A DNA stretch of 64,000 nt from an uncultured delta proteobacterium (GTDB lineage Bacteria > Myxococcota > Myxococcia > Myxococcales > Anaeromyxobacteraceae), in contig CAVYBH010000012.1 of NCBI GenBank assembly GCA_963766715.1, positions 96,001 to 160,000 on the forward strand, given 5' to 3'. The notes under the pieces are model-generated. The model did not search any database, was not told the origin of the DNA, and was given only the letters and a program-made list of their open reading frames with translations. Numbering within the stretch: position 1 is the stretch's first letter; the number at the start of each line of letters is the position of its first letter. The translations under genes were made by a program, and so were the position numbers. This document shows positions 21,372-31,330 of this stretch, piece after piece.

Positions 21372-21815
21372 GCAAGGTCCGCAGCTACGGCTGGCTGGCC
21401 TGGCGCGCCGCCTTCTCCCATCCGCTCCGCGGCCTGCGGCGCCGCGGGTCGGGCCAGGAGCGCTTCCTCGGGAACTACGCCGTCGAGGGGCTTCGCGCCC
21501 ACGACGGCGGAGGAGCGGTCCGCCGCCGAGGCCGCGAGCGCCTGCATCACCTGCGGCCTGTGCGAGTCGGGCTGCGGGCTGCGCGGCGCCATCCCGTCGA
21601 TCCGCGACATGGGGCTCCACGGCGCGTTCCGGCTCTACTCGAAGAGCGCCGAGATGCTCCGGGTCTCGGGCGACGCGCTGGCGGCCTGCGCCTCCTGCAC
21701 GGGCTGCGAGCCGCTCTGCCCCACCGGGGTGCCCATCTCCCGCCTGGTGCGGGCGTTCGCTGCGCGGGCCTCCCACGACGCGGCGCGTCGGGATCCGGCG
21801 GAGCCGCGGCGATAG
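21368..21815 (+). CDS. Small 2x[4Fe-4S] ferredoxin-like protein (frameshift ~21495)
   Basis: CITCGLCESGC and CASCTGCEPLCP motifs; GTG start overlaps the glpB stop. Confidence 0.8.
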
Positions 21816-21816
21816 A

Positions 21817-22775
21817 GTGAGCGCCGGGAGCCCGCCCTGCGACCTTTCCTCATCGTGAATCCCGCCAGCGGTGGCGGCCGGACCGGCCGCCACTTCGAGC
21901 GCATCGCCCGCGCCGTGCGCGCCTCCCACGGCGACTTCCACGCCGTCTTCACCACCCGCCCGGGCGAGGCCAGCGGCATCGCGCGCGAGGCCGCCCGGGG
22001 CGGGGAGCGGATGGTGGTGGCGGTCGGGGGCGATGGAACCGCGAGCGAGGTCGTCGACGGCCTGGCCGGGGCCGGGCCGGTGGTCGAGCCGGAGGTCCTC
22101 TTCGGGTGCATCCCGCACGGGACCGGCGGCGACCTGCGCCGCTCGCTGGGATGGCCGGCATCGCCCGAGGAGGCGGCCCGCGCGCTGGCGGTCGGCGTGA
22201 CCGTCACCTGCGACGTCGGGATGGTGTCCTTCACGGCCCACGACGGCTCGACGCAGGAGCGTCACTTCGTGAACGTCTCCAGCTTCGGGGTCTCCGGCTG
22301 CGTGGTCCGGGAGCTGCAGCGCAGCGGCCGCCTGCTCGGGGGCAAGATCACCTACACGCTGGCGAGCGCGAAGGCGCTCCTGGGCTACCGCGACCAGCCG
22401 GTGCGCTGGCGCGCCGACGGCGGCGCCTGGGTCGAGGATCGCATCACCGCCATGGCGGTCTGCAACGGCCGGTACTTCGGGGCGGGGATGATGGTCGCGC
22501 CGGCGGCCCGGATGGACGACGGCCTCCTCGACCTCACGATCTGGAAGGGGCTCGGCTTCGCGGACTTCCTCACCAAGCGGCGAATGCTCTACGACGGCAG
22601 CCACGTGAAGCTCCCCAACACCCGCTGCCTCCGCATCCGGTCGCTGGAGGCGGAGCCGCTCGAGGGCGCCGAGGTCCTCCTCGACGTGGACGGGGAGCAG
22701 CCGGGGCGCCTGCCGGCGCGCTGGACGATCGTGCCCGCTGCGCTCCGCGTGCGGGTTCCGCTGGCCCGTCCCTGA
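21817..22775 (+). CDS. Diacylglycerol kinase family (YegS/DAGK) lipid kinase
   Basis: IVNPASGGG, AVGGDGT, PHGTGGD, FVNVSSFG, NGRYFGAG, DDGLLD, DVDGE; exact start uncertain (21817-21855). Confidence 0.9.
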
Positions 22776-22783
22776 TTCGCGGC

Positions 22784-23757
22784 TCAGGCGCGACGACCGC
22801 GGCGGGCTCCCCGCGCGCCCCGGGCCTCGAGGGCCGCGGCGAGCGCGAGCGAGGGCGCCAGCACCGCCTTCCCTCGCGCGCGAAGCACCTCGGCGCGCAC
22901 CCGGGCGAGCAGCTGCGCCTCGCGCCGGCGCGCGCGGAGCTCCAGGCCGAGCAGTCCTGCGCGAAGCCCGGAGACCGGATGCCCGGCGATCCGTCCGTCC
23001 TTGCCGGCCTCCCGTCGTGCGGTCCGCAGCGCGGAGACCGCGAGGTGTGCGTCGTTCAGGTCGCCGAGGAGGTCCTGCAGCCGCTTCAGCGTCTTCTCGG
23101 CCTTCCCGGCCCCGGCGCCGGGAAGGTCGCGGAGCGGATCGAGGAGGTAGCGGAGCCGCTTCCCCTCGATCCGGGTCCTGTGGAGGAGGGCCTGGTCGGC
23201 GCCCTCGCCGGCCCGGGCCAGGCACGCGCTCACCACCTCGACCTGCGCGCGGATCCGCCTCGCCAGGGACGCGGCGAACACGCCGGAGGACCGGGGTCGA
23301 CGGGTCCGCCCGGCGCGCCTCAGGCGATCGCCGAGGGAGTCGGCCGCGGTGCGAAGGCGCCTCACCGCAACGGAGAGGTCGTCCCCTGCGGGCCCGGATC
23401 CTCAGCCGGTCCGCCTGCCAGGAGGCGGCGAGCCGCTGTCCAGGCGGAAGCGAGCGCTCGATTCCCTCGAGCCAGGCGAGGAGGACCTCGGCGTTCCGGG
23501 CCTCGCCGGTCGCTCGCGCCACCCGGCGAAGGCGCCGCAGGTCCTTGTCCCGGACCGCGTCCCCGAGCGGGCCCCGCCACGCCCGCAAGGTCGAGCGAAG
23601 GCGTCTCACCGACACGCGGAGATCGTGGAGGGCCTCGCCGTCGGAGGGATCCGCGAATCCAATCGGCCCGCTCGCGCGCCTCGGCGAGCGCGGCGAGCGC
23701 GACGGCCGTCGCCCCCTCGGCGGGCGGCCGATCCAGGATCTGGGGGTGCAGGGCCAT
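22784..23757 (-). CDS. CHAD domain (polyphosphate-binding) protein, 2 frameshifts
   Basis: EALHDLRVSVRRLRS..., LHRTRIEGKRLRYLLD, LQDLLGDLND. Confidence 0.85.
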
Positions 23758-23776
23758 GGGCCTTGCGACGAGGGTA

Positions 23777-26494
23777 TCAGGCGCAGCGCCACCAGGCGGT
23801 GGCGACGAGCTTCCGCTGCCCCCGCACCTCGGCGCGGCGCCGCAGGTCGGCGATCGCCCGGTCCTTCTCGGCGAGGCGGGCCGTCTCGGTGGCCCGGAGG
23901 TCGTCGAGCCGGAGGCGGTACTCCCGCTCCGCCCGCTCCAGCAGCGCACGCCGGTCCCGGAGCGGGATCGGGCCGCCCGGGTCGACGAGGGCTCCGCGCG
24001 CCCTCTTCCAGGCCTCCCGCGCCGCTTCCGCGTCCCGGCGATCGGCGGCGAGGCCGTCCTCCGTCGCGCGGTCGAGCCGCTCCCGCGCGGCGTCGAAGGC
24101 CGCGAGCGACCGCCGCTCGACCTCCGCGCGGGCCTCCTCGTGGAGCCGCGAGACGGCCTCCTCCGGGGTAGCCCCCAGGGGGCCTGCGCCTCCCGTTGCG
24201 CCCCCTCCGGGGCGCGCCGGGAGGGACGCGAAGAGGGACGCAGCCGAGGCGTCGAGCGCCTGCCAGCCGCGGGCGTCGTGCCAGAGGACGAGGTGGGCCA
24301 CCCGCTCCTCGGGCGCCAGGCCGCCGAGCTGGAAGCGCCAGGCGAACCACCAGCCCTCGCGGCCGGCCAGGTGGCCGAGGCGCGCCGGAAGCGCGCGCGC
24401 GTCGACCTCGACCCGGTGCACCGCCTCCGCGGGCCGTTCCTTCACCGACTCGGCCGCGTGTCGCGCCATCCAGGCGCGTCGCGCCGGGGCCGACGCGCCG
24501 GCGGGGGCGTCGAGCGAGGAGGCCGGCACGCCGGAGGCAATCACCGACCGGACGAGCGCGTCCTCCTCGGCCTCCCGCCGGGCCACGGCGTCCGCCGCCT
24601 CCTTCGCGCAGAGGCGCATCCGAGACCGCACGTCGCCGTCGAAGCGCTCGAAGAGGAGCGAGCGCGCCGCGGAGAGCCGCGCCTCGATGCGCCCGTCCAG
24701 GTCCTGGCGGAGCGCGGCGAAGGCGCGATCGATCTCCTCGCCGGAACGGCACGACTGGTAGATCTCGAGGACGCGCCGCTCGAAGTCGATCCCGCTGCCC
24801 AGCGCGCCCAGCACCTCGTCCGAGGACCCGAACACGCCGTCGAAGAGCTTGAGCTTCTCGCCGAGCAGCTCGTAGAGACGGGCGTCGGCGGCGTTCTGGC
24901 GGTTCAGGAAGTTCACCACCAGCACGTCGCGGCTCTGGCCGTAGCGGTGGCAGCGCCCGATCCGCTGCTCCACCCGCTGGGGATTCCAGGGCAGGTCGTA
25001 GTTCACGACCAGGTTGCAGAACTGGAGGTTCAGCCCCTCCGCGCCGGCCTCGGTCATGAGCAGGATCTGGGAGCGGTCCCGGAACTCGTCCACCAGCGCC
25101 TGCCGCCGGTCCGCGCTCCCGGCGTCCCCGGACAGGCAGGTGACCGAGTGGCCGCGGGCCTGGAGGAGGTCGCGGAGGTAGTCCTGGGTCCGGCGGAACT
25201 CGGTGAAGACCACCGCCTTCTCCGGCCAGCCGCAGGCCCGGGCCACGGTGAAGGCCCGGTCGAGGCCGCGCGTCAGGGCCTCGCCCTTCGCGTTCACCCG
25301 GATGGCGCGCGCCGCCCGCGCGCAGGCGCGGAGCTCGGAGAGCTCGTCGTGCATGAGGCGGAGCACCGACGCCGTGCGCCGGGGAGACGCGCCGGCCTCG
25401 TCGCTCCACTCCTCCGCCTCCTCGGCGAACCCCGCCAGCTCCGGGCAGGCTTCCTCGTCCTCCACGCGGCCGGCGATGACGTGCTCGAGCGACCCGGCCA
25501 GCCGTTCCAGGGTGCTGGCCAGCGCGAACGAGGAGGAGGCCAGGATCTTCCGGTACACGAGGACGAGGAGCGCGCGGCGGGCCGGCGGGATGGCGAAGGC
25601 CTCCTCCCGGCGCAGGTAGTCGCTCACCCGGTCGTAGAGGGCCTGCTCCTCGGGCGAGGGCGCGAAGTCCTCCACCATCGACCGCCGCGCCGTGAACCGG
25701 ACGTACTCCTTCACCTGCCGGCGCAGGGTGCGGACCACCACCGGGGCCAGGCGCGCCTTGAGATCGGCGGCCCGCTCCTCGGTCAGCTCGCCGGTGGCGT
25801 ACTGGAGCCGGAAGGAATCCTCGTCGCCGAGGATCGCGTCGTCGAGGAACGCGGCCAGCCCCAGCAGCTCCATCAGGTCGTTCTGCAGCGGGGTGGCGGT
25901 GAGGAGCAGCTTGGGCGCGCGGCGCAGCGCCCGGCGAAGCGCCTGTCCGGTGCGGTGGTCGCGCCGCCAGGCGTTGCGCAGCCGGTGGGCCTCGTCGATG
26001 ACGGCCACGTCCCATGGCACCCGCGAGAGCTCGTCGGCGCGGAGCGCCGCGAAGGCGTGGGACGCGATGACGATGCCGGGGCGGTCGAACGGGTTGCCGG
26101 GAAGGGCGCGGGCCCGATCCCCGTCCATCACCTCCACCTCGAGCCCGAAGCGCGAGCGCAGCTCGTCCCGCCACTGGTTCCGCAGGGACGCCGGCACGAG
26201 CACGACCGCACGCCCGCGCCCCTCCGACGCGAGCTGCGCCAGCACCAGGCCGGCCTCGATGGTCTTGCCGAGCCCGACCTCGTCCGCGAGCACGGCGCCG
26301 CCGGTCGCCAGCGCACCCAGGGCGAAGGCGGCGGCCTCCACCTGGTGCGGGTTCAGGTCCACCGACGCATGGGCCAGCGCGGGCGCGAGCCGGGCCGTGC
26401 CGGAGCCCCCGCGAACGGTCAGCGCCTCGGCGGCGATCAACTGGTGGAACGGGGTGAGGGGCGAGGCGACGCCGTCGGCCTCGCGGCCCGGCAC
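23777..26494 (-). CDS. SNF2-family helicase/ATPase (SNF2_N + helicase C, coiled-coil C-terminus)
   Basis: LNPHQ, LADEVGLGKT, DEAH, LTATPLQN, VFTE, AGAEGLNLQ, YDLPWNP, QRIGRCHR; AGGAG SD before GTG at 26494. Confidence 0.92.
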   Translation of the reverse strand: MPGREADGVASPLTPFHQLIAAEALTVRGGSGTARLAPALAHASVDLNPHQVEAAAFALGALATGGAVLADEVGLGKTIEAGLVLAQLASEGRGRAVVLVPASLRNQWRDELRSRFGLEVEVMDGDRARALPGNPFDRPGIVIASHAFAALRADELSRVPWDVAVIDEAHRLRNAWRRDHRTGQALRRALRRAPKLLLTATPLQNDLMELLGLAAFLDDAILGDEDSFRLQYATGELTEERAADLKARLAPVVVRTLRRQVKEYVRFTARRSMVEDFAPSPEEQALYDRVSDYLRREEAFAIPPARRALLVLVYRKILASSSFALASTLERLAGSLEHVIAGRVEDEEACPELAGFAEEAEEWSDEAGASPRRTASVLRLMHDELSELRACARAARAIRVNAKGEALTRGLDRAFTVARACGWPEKAVVFTEFRRTQDYLRDLLQARGHSVTCLSGDAGSADRRQALVDEFRDRSQILLMTEAGAEGLNLQFCNLVVNYDLPWNPQRVEQRIGRCHRYGQSRDVLVVNFLNRQNAADARLYELLGEKLKLFDGVFGSSDEVLGALGSGIDFERRVLEIYQSCRSGEEIDRAFAALRQDLDGRIEARLSAARSLLFERFDGDVRSRMRLCAKEAADAVARREAEEDALVRSVIASGVPASSLDAPAGASAPARRAWMARHAAESVKERPAEAVHRVEVDARALPARLGHLAGREGWWFAWRFQLGGLAPEERVAHLVLWHDARGWQALDASAASLFASLPARPGGGATGGAGPLGATPEEAVSRLHEEARAEVERRSLAAFDAARERLDRATEDGLAADRRDAEAAREAWKRARGALVDPGGPIPLRDRRALLERAEREYRLRLDDLRATETARLAEKDRAIADLRRRAEVRGQRKLVATAWWRCA

Positions 26495-26671
26495 ACCCCG
26501 ACTCCTGTCCTCGACGCGGACACCCGCCGCCACCCGACCCACCCACGCCTCCTGCGGCCCGCCAGGGACCGCTTCCCGCCCTCGACCGCGCGGGACGCCG
26601 ACGACGCCTCGACTGTACCATCGAACTCCCGGAGGCGCAGCCGGTCCGTGCGCGCCCGGTGAAGACGGGGT

Positions 26672-26700
26672 TTGCCTTCGAGTCGCCTCCGCTGTAGATC
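26672..26700 (+). promoter_or_regulatory. Sigma70-like promoter directly upstream of thiS (leaderless-type)
   Basis: TTGCCT-N17-TAGATC, then 7 nt to the ATG; no SD. Confidence 0.5.
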
Positions 26701-26707
26701 GCCCTCG

Positions 26708-26908
26708 ATGCAGATCTCCATCAACGGCGAGATTCGCGAGGTCGCGGACGGCACCACGGTGTCGGGCCTGCTGACGCAACTCGGGGTGAAGGCGCCCCGG
26801 GTGGCGGTCGAGGTGAACGAGGCGGTGGTGACGCGCGATCGTCACGCCGAGCACGTGCTCCACGCCGGCGACTCGGTCGAGATCGTGGCCTTCGTCGGAG
26901 GAGGGTAG
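26708..26908 (+). CDS. thiS: Sulfur carrier protein ThiS
   Basis: MQISINGE...VAVEVN...EIVAFVGGG with C-terminal GG. Confidence 0.95.
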   Translation: MQISINGEIREVADGTTVSGLLTQLGVKAPRVAVEVNEAVVTRDRHAEHVLHAGDSVEIVAFVGGG

Positions 26909-26910
26909 CC

Positions 26911-27703
26911 GTGGAGACGCGCGCGCCGGACACCTGGTCCATCGGGAAGCACACCTTCACCAGCCGGCTCCTGGTGGGCACCGGCAAGTACGCCGACTTC
27001 CCCACCATGCAGCGCGCGCTCACGGCCTCGGGCGCCGAGGTGGTGACGGTGGCGGTGCGGCGGCTCGACCTGTCCAAGCAGGGGAGCGAGAGCCTGCTCG
27101 CCTGGATCCCCAAGGGGATGAAGCTGCTCCCCAACACCGCGGCCTGCTTCACCGCCGACGAGGCCATCCGGACCGCGCGCCTCGGCCGCGAGCTCGACAT
27201 GGGCGACCTCGTGAAGCTGGAGGTCATCGGCGACCGGCGCACGCTCTTCCCGGACGTCGAGGGGCTGGTGGAGGCCTCGAAGGTGCTCGTGAAGGAGGGC
27301 TTCACGGTCCTTCCCTACACGAACGACGACCCGGTCACGGCGAGGAAGCTCGAGGACGCGGGCTGCGCGGCGGTGATGCCGCTCGGCGCCCCCATCGGCT
27401 CCGGCCTGGGGCTGCGCAACCCCTACAACCTCCGCATCATCATGGAGACGGTGAAGGTCCCGGTGCTGGTCGACGCCGGGGTGGGGACCGCCAGCGACGC
27501 CGCCATCGCGCATGGAGCTGGGCGCGGTGGCCGTGCTCATGAACACCGCCATCGCCGAGGCCGGGGACGCGGTGCTCATGGCCGAGGCCATGCGGGACGG
27601 CGTGTCGGCCGGCCGGAAGGCCTTCCTGGCGGGCCGCATGCCCATGCGGCTGCACGCGGCCGCGTCGAGCCCGATGACGGGGCTGGTGGGCTCTCCGCGG
27701 TAG
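26911..27703 (+). CDS. thiG: Thiazole synthase (frameshift ~27510)
   Basis: [48 protein letters not shown]. Confidence 0.95.
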
Positions 27704-27710
27704 GGGAGGG

Positions 27711-28530
27711 CTACGCCCGGAAGGGCGCGAGCGGCTCCCACCGATCGGCGACGAACCGGAACACGCGCGACGGGCGGCCCCAGTTGCCGGCGGCGAACCC
27801 CTGGCAGATGCGATCGTAGGCGGCCGGGTGCTGGTGCGGCGCGAACTCCTCGACCGTCCCCTGCAGCGCGTAGCCCTCGAAGGTGTCGAGGTCGACGACG
27901 ATGCGGGTCTCCTGCCGGTTCACCTTGAGGTTCATGTAGGTCTTGAGCGCGAGCCCATCGCCGTGGAACAGGTGGAGCCGGTCGAGCTTGGTCTCGTGGT
28001 GGAAGATGAACCGGGGCGAGATGTTGGCGGTCTCCCCGAGCCCGATGAAGGCGTACTTCACGCTCCCCACCGTCTGCTCGACCTCCTCGTAGGGGATCTG
28101 CTCGAAGAACTTCATGGTGTAGGGGCTGTGGTGCACCGTGTAGATTCTGGCGCCCCTCGACGAGCAGGTCGTTGCCGTTCGCCCGGTAGAGCTGGTCCTC
28201 CGACCCGGCGCCGGCCAGGGCGCGGGTCTTGATCTGGTAGCCCTGGTACTGCTCGAGCTTGTCCACGTGGACGGTCAGGCACTCGTTGCGGGCCAGCGGC
28301 CTGGGCAGGCGCCCGCGCAGGTGGACCCGCATCTCGGACGGACCCGCGCCGGCCTCGAGGCGCGCCACCGGCAGGATGGCCACCGTCGCGTGGGTTCCGG
28401 GCAGGCTGGTGGTGCCCATGAAGCTGAGCACCTTGTCGAACTTGACGGTGGGGAAGTGCGAGGCCTGTTTCGCGCGCTGGGTGTCGAGAAAATCCAGGAG
28501 GGGGCGCACGTCGCTGTTCAAGGAGGTCAC
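27711..28530 (-). CDS. Hypothetical protein, FMN-binding split-barrel (PNPOx-like); frameshift ~28150
   Basis: C-terminal half [22 protein letters not shown] resembles the pyridoxamine 5'-phosphate oxidase family; GAGG SD. Confidence 0.6.
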
Positions 28531-28562
28531 CTCTCGTGCATGCTCGGGACGGAAACCGTCGA

Positions 28563-29210
28563 ATGATGCCCCCGCGACTCCCGCGTGTCTACCTCGTCAC
28601 CGACTCCTCGCCCGGGGAGGCGCTCGCCGCCCGGATTGCGTCCGCCGTCCGGGGGCTTCCGTCCCGCTCGGTGGCCATCCAGCTCCGGGCCCCCGGCGTG
28701 CCGGGGCGCGAGCTGCTCGCCCGGGCCCGCGCCATCCTGCCGGCCGTCCGGGGCGAGGGGCAGCTGCTGCTCGTGAACGACCGCGTCGACGTCGCGCTCG
28801 CGGCGGGGGCAGACGGCGTCCACCTGCCCTCGGCGGGGATTCCGCCGGAGGAGGCGCGACGCCTCCTCGGAGCGGAGGCGCTCGTCGGGGTCTCCTGCCA
28901 CTCCCCGCAGGAGGTGGGCCGGGCGCTCCGGGGCGGCGCCGACTTCGCCACCTTCGGGCCCGTCTTCGACACCCCGTCGAAGCGGGCCTACGGCGCCCCC
29001 GTGGGCCTCGGCCGCCTCGAAGAGGCGGCCCGGCTGGGCCTGCCGCTTCTCGGCCTGGGCGGCGTGGAGCTCGCGAACGCCGCCTCCGTGATGGAGGCAG
29101 GGGCCTGGGGCGTGGCCGCGATCCGGGCCTGGCTCACGGAGGGCGACCCGGCTGCGGCGGTGCGCGCCCTCCTCGACGTGGTGGAGCGCAGCAGGAGGCG
29201 AACGGCATGA
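28563..29210 (+). CDS. thiE: Thiamine-phosphate synthase (ThiE/TenI family)
   Basis: YLVTD, IQLR, VNDRVDVA, DGVHL, GVSCH, GPVFDTPSK, LGG. Confidence 0.85.
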   Translation: MMPPRLPRVYLVTDSSPGEALAARIASAVRGLPSRSVAIQLRAPGVPGRELLARARAILPAVRGEGQLLLVNDRVDVALAAGADGVHLPSAGIPPEEARRLLGAEALVGVSCHSPQEVGRALRGGADFATFGPVFDTPSKRAYGAPVGLGRLEEAARLGLPLLGLGGVELANAASVMEAGAWGVAAIRAWLTEGDPAAAVRALLDVVERSRRRTA

Positions 29211-29931
29211 CGCACGGACACCCGCACCACGACCGCCACCGGAACCCGGTCGAGTTCGAGCACTACCTCGAGAAGCTGGAGGGCCCGGATCGCGCGGCCT
29301 GGCAGCGGCCGGACCGCCTGGTCGAGGCGCTCGGGCTGCGCCCCGGGGACGTGGCCTGCGACGTGGGAGCCGGACCGGGCTACCTGGCGCTCCGCATCGC
29401 GAGGGCGGTGGGTCCGCGCGGGACCGTCTACGCCGTCGACGTCGAGCCGCGCATGATCGAGATGCTGCGGCGGCGGGCCCGGGAGGAAGGGATCCGCAAC
29501 GTCCGGGCCATCCTGGCCGGGCCGGGTCGCTCCGCCCTGCCGCCGCGCCGCTGCGACCTGATCCTGATCGTCAACACGTTCCACCACTTCACCGACGGGG
29601 TGGGCACCTGCGCGCGCTGGCCGGCCGGCTCGCCCCGGGTGGACGGATCGTGAACGTGGACTTCCACGACCGCGACCTTCCGGTGGGTCCCCCGGTCGGG
29701 CACAAGGTGTCCCGCTCGGCGTTCCTGGAGCTGGCCCGGGAGGCCGGGCTGGCCCGGGCGCGGGAGCGGCGGTTCCTGCCCTACCAGTACTTCGTGGAGC
29801 TGGTCCCGATCAGTCGGCCCGCGAGGCGGCCGGCTGCCGCGAAGGGGAAGGGGGCCGGTCCCGCGCCGAGATCGCCACCCCGACGGCCAGCGCGAGCAGC
29901 ACCACGTCGCGCAGCACGGTCCACCCGGTAG
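29207..29931 (+). CDS. Class I SAM-dependent methyltransferase (frameshift ~29600)
   Basis: RAAWQRPD, DVGAGPG, VYAVDVE, VNTFHH, PVGPP, LPYQYF; His-rich N-terminus. Confidence 0.85.
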
Positions 29932-30256
29932 CCGGGGCGTTCCCGCCGAAGCAGCCGCAGGCGAGGTCGATGCCGCGCGCGAAGGCGCTCGTGAGACCGA
30001 CGGTGTAGACGGCGAGCAGCCCCGCGAGCACCCAGGCGGCGGCGCGCGCCCAGAGGTTGGCGACGAGGGCGAGGCCGGCGGCGATCTCGACGCCGATCAC
30101 GGCGGCGGCCGCGGCCGGGACGAGCGCCGGCGGCACGATCCGGTAGTTGGCCACGCTCTCGGCGAACGCGGCCATGTCGGGGACCTTGGTGATCGAGGCC
30201 CAGAGGAAGAGGCCGCCCAGGAAGACCCGGGCGCCGGCGGCGGCCAGCCCCGTCAC
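29810..30256 (-). CDS. MauE/DoxX family membrane protein
   Basis: RVFLGGLFLWASITK, VANY, VEIAAG, RGIDLACGCFG, LRD. Confidence 0.9.
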   Translation of the reverse strand: MTGLAAAGARVFLGGLFLWASITKVPDMAAFAESVANYRIVPPALVPAAAAAVIGVEIAAGLALVANLWARAAAWVLAGLLAVYTVGLTSAFARGIDLACGCFGGNAPATGWTVLRDVVLLALAVGVAISARDRPPSPSRQPAASRAD

Positions 30257-30798
30257 GGCGTGGCCCCGGGAAGGCCGCAGACGCCGCACATCCCGGCTGC
30301 CGCCGGACCCTGTGCGGTCACCCAGGCCGGCCACGCGCCCTCCAGCACCCGGACGTCGGCGAGGCCCGACCGCTTCAGCCGGGTGGCGACGTCGTCGGCC
30401 ACGGCGCAGCTGTACTCGCCGTCGTACACGACCACGAGGGGGAATCCCTTCAGCTCCGCGACGGCCGCCGCCTCGTCGGGGTGGCCGGCGGGCGGGAGGT
30501 GGACGGCGTTGGCGATGTGGCCGTGCGCGAACTCGTGCGGTCCTCGCGCGTCGACGAACCCGGCCAGGCACGCGGTGCAGAGCCCCTTCGCCTCCTCGAC
30601 CGAGATGCGCGGCGCCCTCCAGGGTGCGGGCGCGGAGGTCGTGGCGGAGGGGGGCATCGCGCAGGAGCCCCCCCCGGCCTCGGCCGCGGACAGGACCGGG
30701 CGCCCCAGCACGGCGGGGTGAGGGGAGAGGGCGTTGGCCGCGAAGCCCACCGCGGTCCCCAGGGCGGCGAGGACGGCCATCTGGATCCAGGTTCGCAT
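30253..30798 (-). CDS. Exported rhodanese-like domain protein
   Basis: N-terminal TM/signal, FVDARGPHEFAHGHIANAVHLP, VLEGAWPAW. Confidence 0.85.
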   Translation of the reverse strand: MRTWIQMAVLAALGTAVGFAANALSPHPAVLGRPVLSAAEAGGGSCAMPPSATTSAPAPWRAPRISVEEAKGLCTACLAGFVDARGPHEFAHGHIANAVHLPPAGHPDEAAAVAELKGFPLVVVYDGEYSCAVADDVATRLKRSGLADVRVLEGAWPAWVTAQGPAAAGMCGVCGLPGATP

Positions 30799-30898
30799 CG
30801 GCGCGGAATCTACCCCGGGAACGCGGGGGCCGCGACGCCGATTCCCGCGGCCCGGAGGGGTGCACGCGGGACCGGCTGGGGCTATATTGCGCGCCGCC

Positions 30899-31291
30899 AT
30901 GGGCGTACCCGTCTACGAGATCTCCAAGGACTTCCTCTTCAGCGCCGCGCACCAGATCCGGTTCCACCCCGGAAAGTGCGAGCGGCTGCACGGCCACAAC
31001 TGGCGCGTTCGCCTCCACGCGCGCGCCTCGCGGCTCAACCACCTCAGCATGGTGGTCGACTTCGCCGACCTGCAGCGCATCGTCGCGGACGTGGGCTCGC
31101 GCTTCGATCACCGGAACGTGAACGAGGTCCCGCCGTTCGACGAGCTGAACACCACCGCCGAGAACATCGCCCGGTTCTTCTACGAGGAGGCCAACCGTCG
31201 CCTCTCCGAGAGCGAGGGCGACCGGGTCCGGGTGTCCAAGGTCGAGGTCTGGGAGAACGAGGGGTCGCTCGCGGTGTACCGCGAGGAGTAG
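30899..31291 (+). CDS. queD: 6-carboxy-5,6,7,8-tetrahydropterin synthase
   Basis: FSAAH, CERLHGHNW, MVVDF, FDH, TAENIA, VWE. Confidence 0.93.
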   Translation: MGVPVYEISKDFLFSAAHQIRFHPGKCERLHGHNWRVRLHARASRLNHLSMVVDFADLQRIVADVGSRFDHRNVNEVPPFDELNTTAENIARFFYEEANRRLSESEGDRVRVSKVEVWENEGSLAVYREE

Positions 31292-31330
31292 GGCCGGTAC
31301 CGTCGGACCCCGGGCGTATCCTCCGGGCTG

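Noticed and set aside
26500..26707. TPP riboswitch upstream of thiS
   Set aside because: No CTGAGA or other TPP aptamer core found; the promoter candidate abuts the start codon
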